From Eledone cirrhosa (taxonomy: Eukaryota), in assembly GCA_964016885.1 (NCBI GenBank), contig OZ024741.1:88846001-88910000 (forward strand): DNA of 64,000 nucleotides, given 5' to 3'. The position numbers and the translations under genes were made by a program. The notes beneath the pieces were generated by a model. It was not told the DNA's origin and did not search any database. It saw only the letters and a list, made by a program, of their open reading frames with translations. How positions within the stretch are numbered: the first letter of the stretch is position 1; each line of letters begins with the position of its first letter. Below are positions 28,080 to 43,125 of this stretch, piece after piece.

Positions 28080-29000
28080 GACGATCAGCACTGTGAGGTG
28101 TTCTGGATTGCAAATAATCAATGCGAATCAGAACATATTAGAGGCAAACTTCTGGAATGATAGCGGCATTCACCTTAATTGGTGCAGAGAAGAAATGGCA
28201 TGGTAATGTGTAGGGCAGAGGCCTACTCCTTGCACACCCAAAGGAGCCAGCTACTGAAGTTGATAGCTATAAGATCAAAAGGGCCATTAAAGACAAGAAA
28301 TGCTGCTGAATTATCAGGAATAGTTTCTTAGATTCTAAAAAATACCCAACAAAATAGAGTAGGTGTTAACCACTGGTGTAGTAGTATCATATATACAAAG
28401 GCAAAGTCTTTCCAGGAATGTGCAGCTAGAGGCATCAAACTAATGGACCAAATTAAGCAAGAAGCAAAAGGACTTAATCAGCAGTGGTAGTGGGTATTCA
28501 TAATTAGCACAGAAATACTTCAACAATGGGGGTGGGGTGCCCTAATTAACACAGCTAATTAGAATAGGAATTAGCTTAGATGAGATGCAGTATGGTTTTA
28601 TACCAGGATGTGGTACCACAGATGACTTCTTAAACAAAAGTTATCTGCTTTGTTGACCTGGAGAAGGCCTTTGACAGAGAGCTATACACTTTGTAGTCTG
28701 GTGATCACCTAGAAAAAAACTAGGGCATATATGAATAACTTGTGAGAGTTGTACATGCCATGTACACTACTTGACAGCAAGGTGAGAATTATAAACAAGT
28801 TCCATAATGAATTTAGTGTGATGAGGTGTCTATCAGTCTTTCCTGTTTATTATAGTTCTCCAGGTCAGAACACTGAGTTAAAGACTAGGTCTCTATGGGA
28901 ACTCATGTCAACCAACAGCCTATTTCTCAGAGCTGAATCCATCAAAGAAATAGTGTTTGAAAAATGGAAGCAAAGCATAGTATCAAGAGATCAAGGGGCC
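28080..29000 (+). mobile_element. Old, heavily decayed RTE RT remnant
   Basis: Residual DEMQYGFIPGCGTTD (about 28579-28624) and FVDLEKAFDR (about 28649-28679); many stops and indels. Confidence 0.75.
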
Positions 29001-31052
29001 TAAAAAAACATACCAATATGGGTTGTGAAGAATCTTCAGTCCTTCCAAAGACATAATAACCTCTCTAATGCTAGTGCAACAATAAAATGTAACTAAAAGA
29101 CTCTAGAAAAAGCTAGAAGCTATGTAAGTAGAACACCCCACACCAACTCACTTGACAGAGATTATCAGCTCTGAATTAAGTACTGACTTACTGATCCATC
29201 TGATGATGAGTGGAATAAGTACCTGGCCTCAAAAATGTGTTATCCATAAGTTGGAAAGGAGGATATAAAAGGATGATAATGATGATGAAAATGAAGACTC
29301 TCCCTATTCATTGAACTGTTGCATTTCCAAAGAACTATCTTGGGAAAAGGACAAAGACCTTATCTAGTGGGCAGGAGTTGAAGTAAAGGTCAATACACTT
29401 TGCTTTGAAAAGAAACTGTAGTTATTCTCTTGCAGTTTACAGCTTGGTAGGTAGGTAATATGGAAAGAAGAGGATTAAAGCAATTTAAGTATTGTACTTC
29501 CAACCACCTACAATCATTTTTACCACCACCCCTACCCCACATTTACTTCTAGAGCAACATTTCACAAACTGGGCAGGAGAGAGAGAGAGAGGTGTATGAC
29601 CAAATAGATGGCTAAATTTAACAACTACTAATACTTTCTCTTTAATACAAACACTACTATAAACAATAACATTTTCTTACACACACACATACAGTATTGT
29701 AAATAATTTATGATAATATAAAAAGTTTTACAAGACAGAAAAAAAAATCATAAAAAGAAAAATGCATTAGGGTAGGGAGAGAAAGTGAGAAGAGGAAAAT
29801 CAACTCATTCACACAAAGAAAGAAGGCTGGGATAAGCAATGTAATTTATAGGGGTTTTTTTTGTGGGGGAGGTCTCACAAGAAGAGAGATGGATGTTTGA
29901 AAAAGTCAATATTTCAGACCAAAAGATATGTTAACATCTTACTGTGTTTATAATTGATTTACAGAGAAACGAACTCAACACAGGTCAGTTTGAGAATCAG
30001 CAAATTATGGGTGTCACTACTAGAGTTGCTGCCACCATCAACAACACCCACTTTGTTGTTAACTCTGTATGAAGCTACATTAGCAAGACATTCTTGGAAA
30101 GTATAAAACAGTTCTATGACTTCATCACATTAGGAATTAAAGTCTTTACTACTAGACAGATCACTGTAAAAAAATATTTTAAAATGCAGTAAACTAAAGA
30201 TATAAATATTTAAAACTAACAAACACATTTTTAGATATTTTCTGATAATCATTAGAAGAGTTAATTAGCAATTTCTGGTGCAAAACCACACAGTTATTAT
30301 GTCTTTCCACAATGTAAGAGTCTGACATGACTTTTCGAAGTAGTATTCTATAACTGGATGCCGTTCCTGATGCCATTACATATTTTTAAGTAAGGTACTT
30401 ATTCAATTGATCTTCACCCATCCAGCTGCCAAGCTGTGAGAAACATTGCACAACAGCCCTGGTTGTTTTTAAGCAATGTCAACAAGACATATTTGACATA
30501 CTTCCACGGTTTTTATCTACCAAATTTACTTAGAAGGCATTGGTCAACCAGAAGCTATAGCAGAAAACACTTGCCCAAGTTGTGCAAAGCAAGCTTTTTA
30601 ACCACAGCCAATTTGCATTTCACATTTTAGGTTTTATGCCTATTTGAAAAAGGGAAGATTATATGTATATATAGACACACACATGCAAATAAGACCGTTA
30701 AGCTCCAATCAGTCCACAAACACCCAGCAAACACCCTAAATTGAATGCCAACCTGTACACGTGACTCCTGCCAAATCAAACCATACTCACACTCCAAATA
30801 TGGCAAATCAAATGCAAATCTTAAACTAATACTATATATATGTAACACCAATTTTGTATTTTTACACATTGTTTTTGTTGCAGCTGGATGAACTCCAACA
30901 GCTAATATGCAACCGTTGTTGAAAGAATTAAATGTTAAATGGAAATTCACAAGGTTGGTGTTATAGGATTCAATTTGATTTTGCTTTTCTTTCTATTGTT
31001 TTACATCAATTTCCGAGACCGTTGTATATATTGTTGGAATATTTATCTTTAA

Positions 31053-31278
31053 CCCTTTCAGTACCAAACTGCCTAAAAATTCCCCTGTCTCAACAGTACA
31101 AAACTGTTTTAAAATGATTATAATTATCCAAAGGCCTTTGTGTAAGAACATATAAGTTATGCTATAAAGACCAGCTTAATAATGAGAAAGTTTGTTAAAT
31201 TACTAATCTTAATTACTTTTGAAATGATTTGAAAGTTATATTCAGTGTTTTTCATTAGAAACATAAGTAATGATAGGA
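31053..31278 (+). mobile_element. TTAA-type MITE, family A
   Basis: TTAA|CCCTTTCAGTACC...GTAATGATAGGA|TTAA. Confidence 0.65.
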
Positions 31279-33279
31279 TTAAAGCTGGTTGCCCTGCCCT
31301 ACTTACTCAACTGCGAAACCCATTTGTCAACCAGCCAAACAAATGAAAAGAACTACAGAAGCACAGAATAATGGCTATTGTAGTAAAATTTCATCCCCTG
31401 ATCATTTAAAAGATTATGAATTTGCAGAGACATCAGGATAGAATGCTTCACAGTATTTTTTCTAGCTCTCTTCTGCATACAAATCATGCCAAAACCAACT
31501 CTTTCATCTTTTTGAGGTTGATAAATAAAGTACCAGTTCAGTACTGGGGTCGATTCTTCCTCTCTCACTTCTTATCTCTCTCGTTACCTCTCGGAGTATG
31601 TTCAGACATGGAGACACCCCATATATAACTAAAGTGACTCCCTATAACTCAAACAGGAATTATGGGCCTATGCACAATCATTTAGAACAATAGTCTAGCA
31701 GTAGGACATTAAAGCAATTGGACTACACTACATGATAGAAGATGCAGAATAGTGCTTACTTTCTGCATTTACAATAGGGTCAGTGGGATGTTTCATCTTT
31801 AATCCAAATTAAATAGAATCTCACATGAAAACTAAGGCCCACAACAAAGTTATAAAGTGTGAGCGCAAGTTTCTGATCTGTCTATTTGTTATTGGTAGAT
31901 TCTGTCCTAAATATGGGTTCTTGAGTTCCTTTCAATGTGAATGTGTCTGTATGTCTCCTCTGTGTGTGTGTACAATACACACACATAATTATAAGAATCT
32001 TCAAATGTAAATAAATGTAAGCAAGACTATGTGTATGTGTGAGAGTGAGTGGGGTGGATGAGAGAGGAAGGGGATAGTGTGAATGTTAGAGTGAGAATAC
32101 AAGTGCTTATATGTGTAGGTATGTATAAGTGGAAAGAGATGAAAAGTGGGGCAGGGGTGTTTGAATGACAACAATGAATAAATATTCCCACACACCCTAG
32201 TGGCCAGATTTTCAACTGGGACATCAGATGTTTGATGGCTTCTTGTCATATTTGTGAAACAGCTTCTCCAGAGTGAAGTTATTCCACTAATAATAACAAC
32301 AACAACAATGATAATATGATATGATCAAAACCTGTATGTCAACAACAGCTTATTTGAGAAGAGGAAGAACTGATTTAGAGATTTGGGGCAAGTTGAAGGT
32401 GGGCAGAGTGATATAGTAGAACAAATGGATGAATAAATTTCTGAGATATTGGTGCTGATAGTTGTTAAACTTTGATTAGCTCTAAATTAATTAAATTAAG
32501 TTGTGGAAATAGTAATGATCTACTGAAATGCTTCAACCCACAATGCTTGCCATTTGACTTCTGACTATTTAGTATAATATGTGTCATTGTTGTTGATATT
32601 TCATTTTTACTGTCATTTAGAAATATTTGACAAGACTCAGCATCTTAGAAGTTTATTGTGTGTCATTGACCCAGTGCTGGTGTGTGTGATATTAGATTGG
32701 TTGGCCATAGATGTTGATATCGCCCTTCCTAATACCAACCATATTTACACTGAGTACTGGGTGCTTTTTGTTGTGACACCAACATGACCACTTTATAATA
32801 TATATAATGATGGTCGTCCTCAATTATCATCTACTAAATTCAATCACAAAGTATTTGACAACACAAGGCCATCGTAAATGACACATGCTTATGGTGCTAC
32901 ACAGTGAGATTAAACCAAAAACCACATGGCTGCAAAGCAATCTTAACCACACAACTATACTTCTTGCACCTTTATATAGAGATGAGGGAGGGGTAAGAGT
33001 GGGACAAAAGAAAAAGAGAGAAATAGAGAGCAACTGCACCATGGAAGTCGTTCGTTATAAGGTTAAGAAGAGTGGTAAAAATTTGCACACTTCATGAAAT
33101 AAATAAGGAGTGAATATAACAGTTTTTGTGTATTTCTAAATGTTAGAATGACCAATGCATCCTTCCATTTTCTTTTTTTTTTTTAACAATAGAGTGTGTT
33201 TTCAGAGAAGTTGACATAGTGAAGATATGGCTTTTAAATAACTAGTCAAACATGGAAAAAGTTCACGGAATCATATTAA

Positions 33280-33526
33280 CCCTTCCATCATCATATTTCT
33301 AATGAAATAACCTGCCTATGATTTTCAAGTCATTTCGAAAATAATCAAAATTTTGAAAGGATTTTGTAATACAATTAACTCTTATTATTAAATCGTTGTT
33401 TGGAGCATAATAAAAATTCTTTCATAAAATTATGATGGAAGGTTTGGGGATAAATATAAACACTTTAAAATATACCACTAAATATCATAAAACCAGATAG
33501 TTTCAGGTGGTTTGGTATCGAAGGGG
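33280..33526 (-). mobile_element. TTAA-type MITE, family A
   Basis: TTAA|CCCTTCCATCATC...GGTATCGAAGGGG|TTAA. Confidence 0.72.
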
Positions 33527-36500
33527 TTAATATTGTAGTATGGTGTTAGTCACACTAGGCAGAGGAAGTAACTCAAACAGGTGAGAAATAAACTGTTGGT
33601 AGTCATGACAGCAATGCCAACATTAGCCATTAGGAAAATAATGGTAAAATGGTATGGAGAGAAAGAGTGGGATAATGAGAACACATGAGATAGAGAAAGG
33701 CGAGAGGAGGGATTACAGAACCAGTGATGTTTTAGCATTATTTGTCACAGGCAGTGGCAACATTGTTCTTCCCTACACACCATGTAATTTTAACTATTCA
33801 TTCTATTTATAGTGATTTACAGTAAAAATGAATAAGTCATACCACCACTGCCTCCCCACCACCAGAATTTCCACAGGTTCAACAAGTGTTACATAAATAC
33901 AATTGTCATGAGATGTAAAACCTCTAATAGTACAAGCTCTTATAATTCAGTAATTTTGTTGATTATTTAAGTAGGACACTTGATTCTACACACATAACTA
34001 CCATGAATAGGTACTATATATATAACTAGAGATGGTATCCTTGAATTGGTACCTATATCAGACTACTTGTAACTGCCGTGAATAGGTACAAGATTTATAA
34101 CTAGATGTTTTTGATCCTTGAATTGGTACCTTTGTCAGATTGGCAGAGGAATTATACTCTCAAGTTTAAATGCCACAGAAATTGGAGATAATCTCTGACT
34201 CATACAAATCTTATGGCTTTGTTAAAAACAAAGGAAAGAGATTCTGGAGTTGTCTTTAAATGTTTAGCTATTTGCAATGCTATGGGCCTTATTTTATAGC
34301 TGAATAAGCCTACCAAACAACACAACAGTATACTCAATATAAGAACACTAACCTTTTCACAGCCATATCACTAATGAAATGCACTTTATTTCAATTAACT
34401 AAGAAGTTTGAGAGATTTACTGAAATTATTTAATTACTATGATTAGTAACTTAACATATGGTTCTTATATAATATTATTTTGGAAGATTTTAATATAAAT
34501 AGAAACACTTGACAAAGGGTGATTTTGTTTCATATGACTACAGCCAGTTTTAGCAAGGTTAGTATAAAAAAGAGCTAAAGTCAGTATTTTCCAAACTGTG
34601 GATCCTAATCCATTAGTACTAAATAATAAAATGAGTTGTGACATTAAAAAAAAATTTTTTTAAATTGGTCATAATTACAGTTCAAGCAAAAATTTATATT
34701 TTCTAAAACAAATATGGTTTTAATTAATATATTTATTGTGCACTCCACAATATTTGGGAATAATTTGAAATGCTAAGTATACCCTTTCTTTAGTTTTGCC
34801 GAGAAAAGTAAACAAAATGATTCTTCTAATAGGTTTTATCTGTAGGCAAAAAAAGGGATTGATCTAAATATTTTTTCATGTTCTTAGACTTCTTTCAGAG
34901 AAGGATTAGTTATCTTCTGTCTACTGGGAGTAGTTATAACATAGGTTTCAACTGTAGACAAAAAATATGGGATTGATCTGAAGAAGAAATGAGCAAGCAG
35001 ATATAGCTCGGTAGAGACTTTGTTGCAAACCAGGACTTAGTTTGTTGCAGAGATGGATAAAAGAAAGTAGTACACTGCTCCCCACTTCAGTGTCCCTGAG
35101 ACTCTTGAAGGTCAAGGGAAAAGTGATATGAAGGGAAGTTTTTCATATTCTTAAACCTTTGCCAGGGAAGGAATACCCATCTTACTGTCCACTGAGAAAC
35201 TGAATCCACCTTTTCTGCACATAGAGAGAGATAAATATAACTTGGTGTTACCACATTCTTTACTTATCCTGTAATGGTTTAGCAGAAAATATCTATAGTC
35301 ATGAATTTTGGGTAATAATTAAAAGATCAATAAGCATGTTAATTAAAATGTTTAGAGTATCTATACTAGTGGACACATCTTTGTAAATATTTGCAGTATT
35401 AAAGTAAAGACTTTAATTTTTAATGATACTTTAATAGTACAGTTTTGTGCTTTTCAAGTGAGTCTTGTTAATGGTGTTTCATGTGGTACAAGATATTAAG
35501 AGCTTAAAAAAGTTTATCTTACATCCCAAAATGAAAAAAAAACAAAAACAAAAAAAAACACATCCCCACTTCTGCTTCTAACAAATAAATTCTTAGGAAA
35601 ACACAATTGCCAACTGTTTCAATGAAATCAGCTTGAAACCAGAAGCAAAGGATATCTTATAATTGATGGTGTGTTTAAAATAATGGGTATCTGGAAATTT
35701 TGAAATTTGCAGTTGAGGTCACTTAGTTATCTGATGTCTGTATTTAGGAAAATTTATTTCTTTCATATAAAAATGCAAGTGAGAAATGATGAATGTAAAA
35801 ATGTTAAATATGTGTTGCCAGTGATGTTGCTTGTTCATAGTAGATGTTCAGAGAATAAAATAATAACGTATTTATAGAACAGGAACACACAATCCATTTA
35901 GTTGTAAGAAGTAAACTGATGAGAGCTATATAAAACATGTTTGAACTATATTATTGTGCCACAAAAAAAGCACTCAACTCACCTTGTTAGGTGGTGGTGC
36001 CATGAGAAAATGAACTCAGTACATGTCATGAAGTAGTTGGCATTAGGAAGGGCATCCAGTCGTAGAAAACACGCCAAAATGGAATGCATGAGCAAGACAG
36101 TCATTTGACGTCAAGCCCCATCTAATATTCTCTTCCACACAACATCTGATTCCTCTTATGCAGTTTGTTTTTGCTCAGCTCACTTGTTCTTCATTGTTCA
36201 TGCACACTAACATTACACATACACATAAAACAGGCTCTCACACAGATTCCATCTACAAATTGTCTACTTAAAAGGCATTGTCAACCCAAGGGTATGGTAG
36301 AAGTAAGTCACTATAGAGTGGGATCAAATCCAGAGCTACACACTAATGAAGTGGATATTTTAATGACAGTTATTATGGTTTGAACTTATGGATGGGCAAT
36401 TAGAATATCCTTGATGTTACATATCGAGGCTACACACCAGCATTATATATAATGTCTATATATATTATATATAAAGAACATTAAAGAATAGTAAATATTT

Positions 36501-37894
36501 AGTAACTAAATACTCTAACCCAGACCATAACTTGGGTAGTCATGTAGGAAGGGTGTGATACCTATTTATTTATTTGTCTTTGTCTTCAATTGATTTGTTT
36601 ATGTACAGAGTGTGTGTGTGATAATGTATAACAGTAGACATCCTTTAAATTCACCATATATGTTTACATATTTCAGCCATAAACACACCCACAATATAAA
36701 CCCAGAAATATGTGGATGCACATATATCTGCAAAACCACATCAACACACACACATACATACACAGAGATGAACACATTTACATGCATGCAAGAAACTATT
36801 CCGTCTATTTGGTAAACAGACACCATAAGCTGCAATGTTAACAAGTTCTTGTAAAGAGAGAGACAAAGTGAAATACTGGTAGAAAACAGCATGAATGTCA
36901 GAGTTAATGACAATCTGCCGGAGGACTAGGATACTAAGGATAGTATGTAGGGTAGTGGTGAGGGAATGGTAGGGGTGGGTTGTAAAATACCCCCATCCCC
37001 ATAAACAAATGACCTCCATAGGGGTTAATAATGTCACATCAGCCCACCCCACATTCATAAGATAGACCAGCAGCACCTCTATGAGATATCAAAATACTTA
37101 AGTACCAAACTAAACTATGAAGAGTGTGTGTGTGCTGAGGTAATATGAAAAAGAGAGGGAGATATAGAGAGAAAAGGGGAAGTCAAATGAGAAATGTGAC
37201 AAAAACTATATTTCTATCCCTCCCTGCAGTATTATACAAATGTGCTCTCTCCTCTCTCTCTCACTCATATATATATTATTTAGGGGGTAGGAAGTGTAAT
37301 CTTCCTTAATAGCAGAAAGTGAAAATAGACTTAAAGGGTGTAGTGACAGTAAGTATAGAGGGGGGGGGGGGGGAGAAAAATGTATGTATTTTGGGGGGGG
37401 GGGTCATTTCCCTCATGAAAATACAGTTGAAAATTATGAGAGGTTTTTGGGAACCCAGAACTGAGGTAATGGCGGTGGTGGTGACAGAAGCCCCCCCCCC
37501 CCCCAAAAAAATGGGGAGTGTAACAGTGAGTGGGAAAGCACACTTTGAGTATATCACACATGCTCTAAGGCACACCCACCCTCCAGCAAGGAAAATGAGA
37601 ATGTTGAATGGCTTTACCAAAATTAGGCAAGAGAAAACTGATAGCAGTTTTTAGAAATTTTTGTTCAGTTGATATATTTTTCGTTTTGTTTCTGTTTTAA
37701 ATATGTAGAAAAAAAAAGGGAAAATGAAAGAAAATGGTAACAAAATTAAAAAAATTCTTAAGCAACCCTTCTTTTGCTCTACTGGAAAAAAAAAAAATAT
37801 TATAACAAAGATTTTTTTGAGAAATTACACACATTCAGAAAATATATGTCTCATACACAGTTTTGAGAGAGAGAGTATATACACATGTATACAT

Positions 37895-38190
37895 AGACAT
37901 AGCTGCATAGTTAAATGAGGAGTTCGCTTCAGAACCACCACACAATTTCAGGTTCAGTCCTACTGTGTGGCACCTTGGACAGATGTCTTCTACCTTAGTT
38001 GCCCAGTGCTTTGGTAGATGGAAACTGTGCAAAAAACCCACCATACTTGTGTGTGTACATACTGTCTTTTATGTCCCCCAGATTAACTGTTTGACAAGTT
38101 TGAAAAAAGAAATTGTGATGTTGATATGGTCAACAAAATACCTTGAAAGCAGTGCTCCAATATGGCCACAGTCTAATGAATGAAACCAGA
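37895..38190 (+). mobile_element. tRNA-headed SINE, family 3 (degenerate)
   Basis: TAGCTGCATAGTTAA head and B-box-like GGTTCAGTCC, followed by TGTGGCACCTTGGACAGATGTCTTC. Related minus-strand piece near 32820-32960. Confidence 0.5.
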
Positions 38191-38191
38191 A

Positions 38192-38340
38192 ATCTACCAA
38201 GTTATTGAGATTGCTATGAGGACCAGAATGGGTCCCAACCACCATGCCAACTTGTTCATTGGCTATGTTGAGGCCCAAATCATTTCCCAATACATAGGAT
38301 CCAACCCAAAGTTATAGGTACTACAAGGATGTTTGTATTA
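38192..38340 (+). pseudogene. Isolated Penelope-type RT fragment (motifs B to C)
   Basis: Translates EIAMRTRMGPNHHANLFIGYVEAQIISQYIGSNPKL*, then a frameshifted RYYKD. Matches the PLE pattern GxAMGxxMxPxYANLFM...RYIDD. Confidence 0.7.
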
Positions 38341-40009
38341 GTACCACCTTTCTCCCCCGTGAATAACTTGACTTTTTCCAACCTTGTCTAGTAAGGAAAA
38401 CAGATGTTCAATGATGATGGTGATGATGATGAAATTGTGTATGTATAAAGAGGCAACTAAAAGAGTTGACATCGCAAACAGAATCCGGCTGTAAAACATT
38501 GCACCAAACTCATGCCAGCATGGAAAGTAGACAAAAAAATGATAAATATATATATATTGTTCAAGATAAACAAGGTGAACACAGAGATACAATAACACAC
38601 ACATCTTTGTCTTGTCCAGAAGAACAAAGTACACATACATAATAAAGTACTCAATACTTCAAGATGTGTGGGTGCATGTGTATCTGAACACACATAGAAA
38701 TAGATGTGATTACTGTGAAAATTTTCAAATAAACAAGTGACATATTTAGTCAGGAATTAAACAAAAACCAAGAGTGTCTCTCACTCTGTTCACAGTTTTC
38801 TTACACCCAGGGAGAAGAAGAAAAAAATCACATCACATCAAGACTGTCAAATAACAGTGCTTCTCTAATCTAAGCTGCCCACCCCACCTGAAACAGCTGT
38901 TGCTAGGCAAGCAGGCTAGAGGAGGATGAGGAGGAGGAAGAAAATTGACAATACAATAGACCAACATATACACACACACAAAAGGAGAGGGGTGGAATGT
39001 CCTCCTTTTCCCTTGATCTGTATCCCACCCCAATTCCAATCTCCAACAAGCACAATCTCTAATCTTACCCATCACCACCACTACCCTCTGCTGCCTTAGC
39101 TATATCCTGCCTCTCCTACTTTCAGCAGTAGATGGACACTGGATGACACAGTTAAAGCAGCCAGATCAACCAAGACCAGCTTAGACACAGCAACAGGAAA
39201 GAAACACACTTGGCTATGTAGTGTTAGCTTCAGTGAAGGTTGTTGTGTTGTTAGGGTTAGAGAATCCTCTCTCTCTCTCTCTCTTTCTCTTTCTGTCTCA
39301 CACTTACACACCTCCAAATCCATCCAACATTCAACATTAAACCAAAGCATGTCATTCCTTCATCCTCATTGGGAATTTTTCAGATTTCAAGACAACAGTA
39401 GCATTCAAATAATTTGGTTACAGAGAGGAGACAAAGAGAAAGGAGAAGAAATAAGATAAAAATGTAATAAACAATAACAACTATAGAAATAGTAAGTCAT
39501 TTTTGGCCAGTGGAAACATTCATGTGAACTCCAGTCTAATGAGGTTACCTTCCCCTAAAATAGAAGTAGAGGGGACAGACCTACAACAAACAACCTTATT
39601 AAAGAAGTCATGCTAGGTACAAGAGAATTCAGTAGTAGTGATAGTGAAGTGATGGGGTCAGAATATAGGTCTTTTCCTTCCTGCCCTCTCCCTAACTGGG
39701 AACATTCTGTTCATAGGCATACATACACAGACACACACACTCAAACTATACTAAAAATTAATATAAATTGTTTTTCTAAATCATATGTATGGGTTATGTG
39801 TAGGCAAAATAGAAATAGGATATCATTGTTAATGTATGTATGAACCCATAACACTTGATGGGGTTGTAGGGATGCCATAGTGACATATGGCGTTTCTTGG
39901 GTATTTTAAAACTGGTGGAGCCCATCCCACTCCAGGCCTGAACATAACTAATTTCTTCCAGAGAAATAGTGAGAATGATAGAAAGGAAATAAGAAAAAAT
40001 ATTGAAGAA

Positions 40010-40170
40010 TCGATCCCAGAACTGGACTGGACTGGTACTTTTTTTTTATCAACCTTGAAAGGATGAAAGGCCAAGTTAATTGTGGTAGGATCTGAATTCA
40101 GAGTGCAGAGAACCGGGACAAACACTGCAAAACATTCTATCCAACGTTCTAACGGCTTTGCCAATAGTGA
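40010..40170 (-). mobile_element. SINE family 2 (degenerate)
   Basis: GACTGGTACTTT..TTATCAACCTTGAAAGGATGAAAGGCCAAGTT on +. Confidence 0.65.
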
Positions 40171-40317
40171 TGGCCAGATATGGAACTGGAGAACCAAGAA
40201 GGTGAGCAGTTCAAACCCTACCACCAACATTGGTTCCTACCTATGGCTAAGAACACTTACTTCTCTCAAGTACAAAGACCACCACAAGGTGTGAGCTGTA
40301 ACAACAGAGAACATACC

Positions 40318-40506
40318 ATAGTTTCTACTTTTGGCACAAGACCAGCAATAACCCCAGCGCATTACTGGTACTTTATTTCATCGACCCGGTAAGGATGAAA
40401 GGCAAAGCTAACCTCGGCGGGATTTGAACTCAGAACGTAAAGGACCATAACTATGCTGCAAAGCATGGTGTCTGACACTCTACCGATACTACCAATCCAC
40501 CGCCCT
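40318..40506 (-). mobile_element. SINE family 2, well-preserved copy
   Basis: Minus-strand head GGGCGGTGGATTGGTAGTATCGGTAGAG, B-box GAGTTCAAATCCC, core GCTTTGCCTTTCATCCTT. Close match to 63700-63880. Confidence 0.8.
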
Positions 40507-41786
40507 AATAATGGTTTCTTATATAGCAATGAAATCTTAATCTCTTAGTAAAAACTGAGATCCCCATCCAACAAAACAAATGGTAAAGACTACATCATAG
40601 CAATAATTCTCCAATCCATTAAAAAATCTCCAGCATTAAAAAATAAAAACAGAATGAAAGTGTTAGTTTAGTAAATACATAGCAACAAAAATGATGAGTG
40701 TCAGATAAATGGTTTGTCACAACACTAGACTAGGATTGGGTTACTTCATACATAGTGTTTCTCTCACACTCACTTGTATCATCTTGTATCATGATCACTT
40801 TACATCACAGACCATGTGAGTGCTTAGTTGGAGCTACTGACCTTTCAGACGGGTGGGGGATCTTGCTTACACAAACACCCCTCTGCACTCTACAGAGTGC
40901 AGTGGATGCATTTAATTGTGGCACCAGCACTAGAGACACTGTCATGTGTTTGACACAGCTGAAGAGTTCTCTCCAACATTTCAAAATAGGATTTTTGAAA
41001 AAAAAATACAGTAAAATTCCATGATTTCAAGCACACAAGGATAAATTTTAGGTAGACCTGTGTGCTGACTACAGAATAACCTAACAAGCAATGTATAGTG
41101 GAAGGAAGTGGCTCTGATTATATTTTACCTCAGTGAAATAACAGTGTACCATCTTTTGGTATTTAGTTACATCACTTTCCCAAGATGACACACACTGGGA
41201 TCGAACCTGCAATCTATAGCGAAGTGAACTTCTTAACCATTCAGCCATGCTCTATCCATATAAAACAGTTAGAAATTAAAAAAATATGAGTATTTAGTTC
41301 ATCTAAAGACCTAGCACTAGACTATTTCATACAAGAGTAACAAAAGTAAGATGGCCAAATCCAGTACCTACTAGTAGCTAGTCTAAACTAAAGTCCACTA
41401 AAGTTTCATACCAGTTGAGAGATACACATATACAGGTGATTTAGCAGAACTTTTAGTATATAAGACAAAATACTTTATGGTATTTGTTCTAGCTCCTTGT
41501 GCTCCAAATTCAAATTCTGAGGTTAATTTTGCCTTTCATCCTTCAAGGGCCAATAAAATAAAGTATCAACCTAAGTCAGCAGACCGGTGGAATTATAAGT
41601 GTCCAACGAAATGCTTTGCTATATATGTTCTTGCTTTTTGCATTCTGAGTTCAAATCTAGCTGTGGTCTACATGGATGGTACACTAAATCCAATCACCCA
41701 GGCTAGGGCCTCCAATTTGAGGATACATTTTCCCCTCCTGCCCTCCTGAAAATGGTAATTTCAATGGTCCTGTCCTCTTTCATTAA

Positions 41787-41854
41787 CCCTTTCATGAACA
41801 TATTTCTAATGAAATACATTCTATTTCAACGAATTAATGGAGAATTTGAAGGGG
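41787..41854 (-). mobile_element. 68-bp internally deleted mini-MITE, family A
   Basis: TTAA|CCCTTTCA...TTGAAGGGG|TTAA with family-A internal CATATTTCTAATGAAAT. Confidence 0.55.
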
Positions 41855-42857
41855 TTAAACGGTAAAGAAAAAGAGAAAAAGACATCTAGGACACACTATA
41901 ATAAATACCCATCATGAACTCGGTTCAATTTAACTAATACCACTCCTCTAAATGTATGGCATTGTACCAATGTGAGACTTTATTTAAAGAAGCTGCTAAT
42001 TTATCAATGCCAAATGTTAAGGAGAAAATACATTTTTCATTATAATTTGTTTACTGAATTTACAATCATGTTTACACACAACTCATTAGTTTTCTATGAG
42101 AAAGTATTTTGTTAAACCCAAACCACAAATGAACATTGTAATATAAATAGAATTCTTGTAGATTTAATATATCATCATGTTTTATGTCTATTCTTCTATG
42201 TTTGCATGGCTTAAACGGGTTGTCATATACAGAGGCTAGCCATTAGATAACTGCATCTCACACGTTCCGGCATGATTTCTACAGCTAGATGCTATTGGTT
42301 ATGCCAACCACTTCATGGCATGTACTAGGTACATTTTATCAGGGTACCAGCACAATCATTTTACAGACTTGGCCAGGTGCATTTTTTTGTAGCACCAGCA
42401 TTACCACTAGGGTATTCATGTTATCCTCGATCAGGCTGGAAAGGTAGTGATGGGACTAGGGAGGATGAAGATGGGGTGAAGGGAAGTTACATGTTGCTTG
42501 CCAATAGAAGGATGAGAGAGAGAATGATATTGTGATAGCCAGGTTGGGAAACCAGCAATAGGATTAATATATTACTCCAATCCATCAATAAAATCAAAAA
42601 CTGAATGACAAAATATAAATACCAATAACTATGATGATTTAAAAATTCATTAGAGAGTATCATAATTGATTAATGTGTATTCCAGTGAAAATGTAGCTGC
42701 TAGAGTTTAAAAGATGAATGACAATGTTGATTTTTTATGAAATATATTAGTTATATTTTAGAGTTAAAAAGTATAGCAACACTTTTTTTATACCAAACCA
42801 CCTGGTTCTACAATTTAAAACTGATTGTTTTAAAGTGTTTATTTTTATCGAAAAGTG

Positions 42858-43125
42858 AGGGAAAGTAGCTTAGTGGTTAGGGTGCTTGTCTCACTATTGT
42901 AAGGTCACAAGTTCAATTCCTGGCTGCAGGTTGCATCTTTGAGCAAGACACTATTTTTCACATTGCTTCAGTCCATTCAGCAGATAAAAATGAATTGTAC
43001 CTGTAATTCAAGAGGTCAGCCTTCTCACACACTGTGTCATGCTGAATTACTCCAAGAACTACGTTAAAGATGTATGCACCTGTGGAATGTTCAGTCATTA
43101 CACATTAATTCACAAGAGGAAAACC
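42858..43125 (+). mobile_element. SINE family 1
   Basis: A-box TAGCTTAGTGG, B-box AGTTCAATTCC, body homologous to 1130-1442. Confidence 0.78.

Noticed and set aside
41185-41255. Minus-strand tRNA-like A/B boxes
   Set aside because: No cloverleaf; this is a decayed SINE head rather than a tRNA gene.
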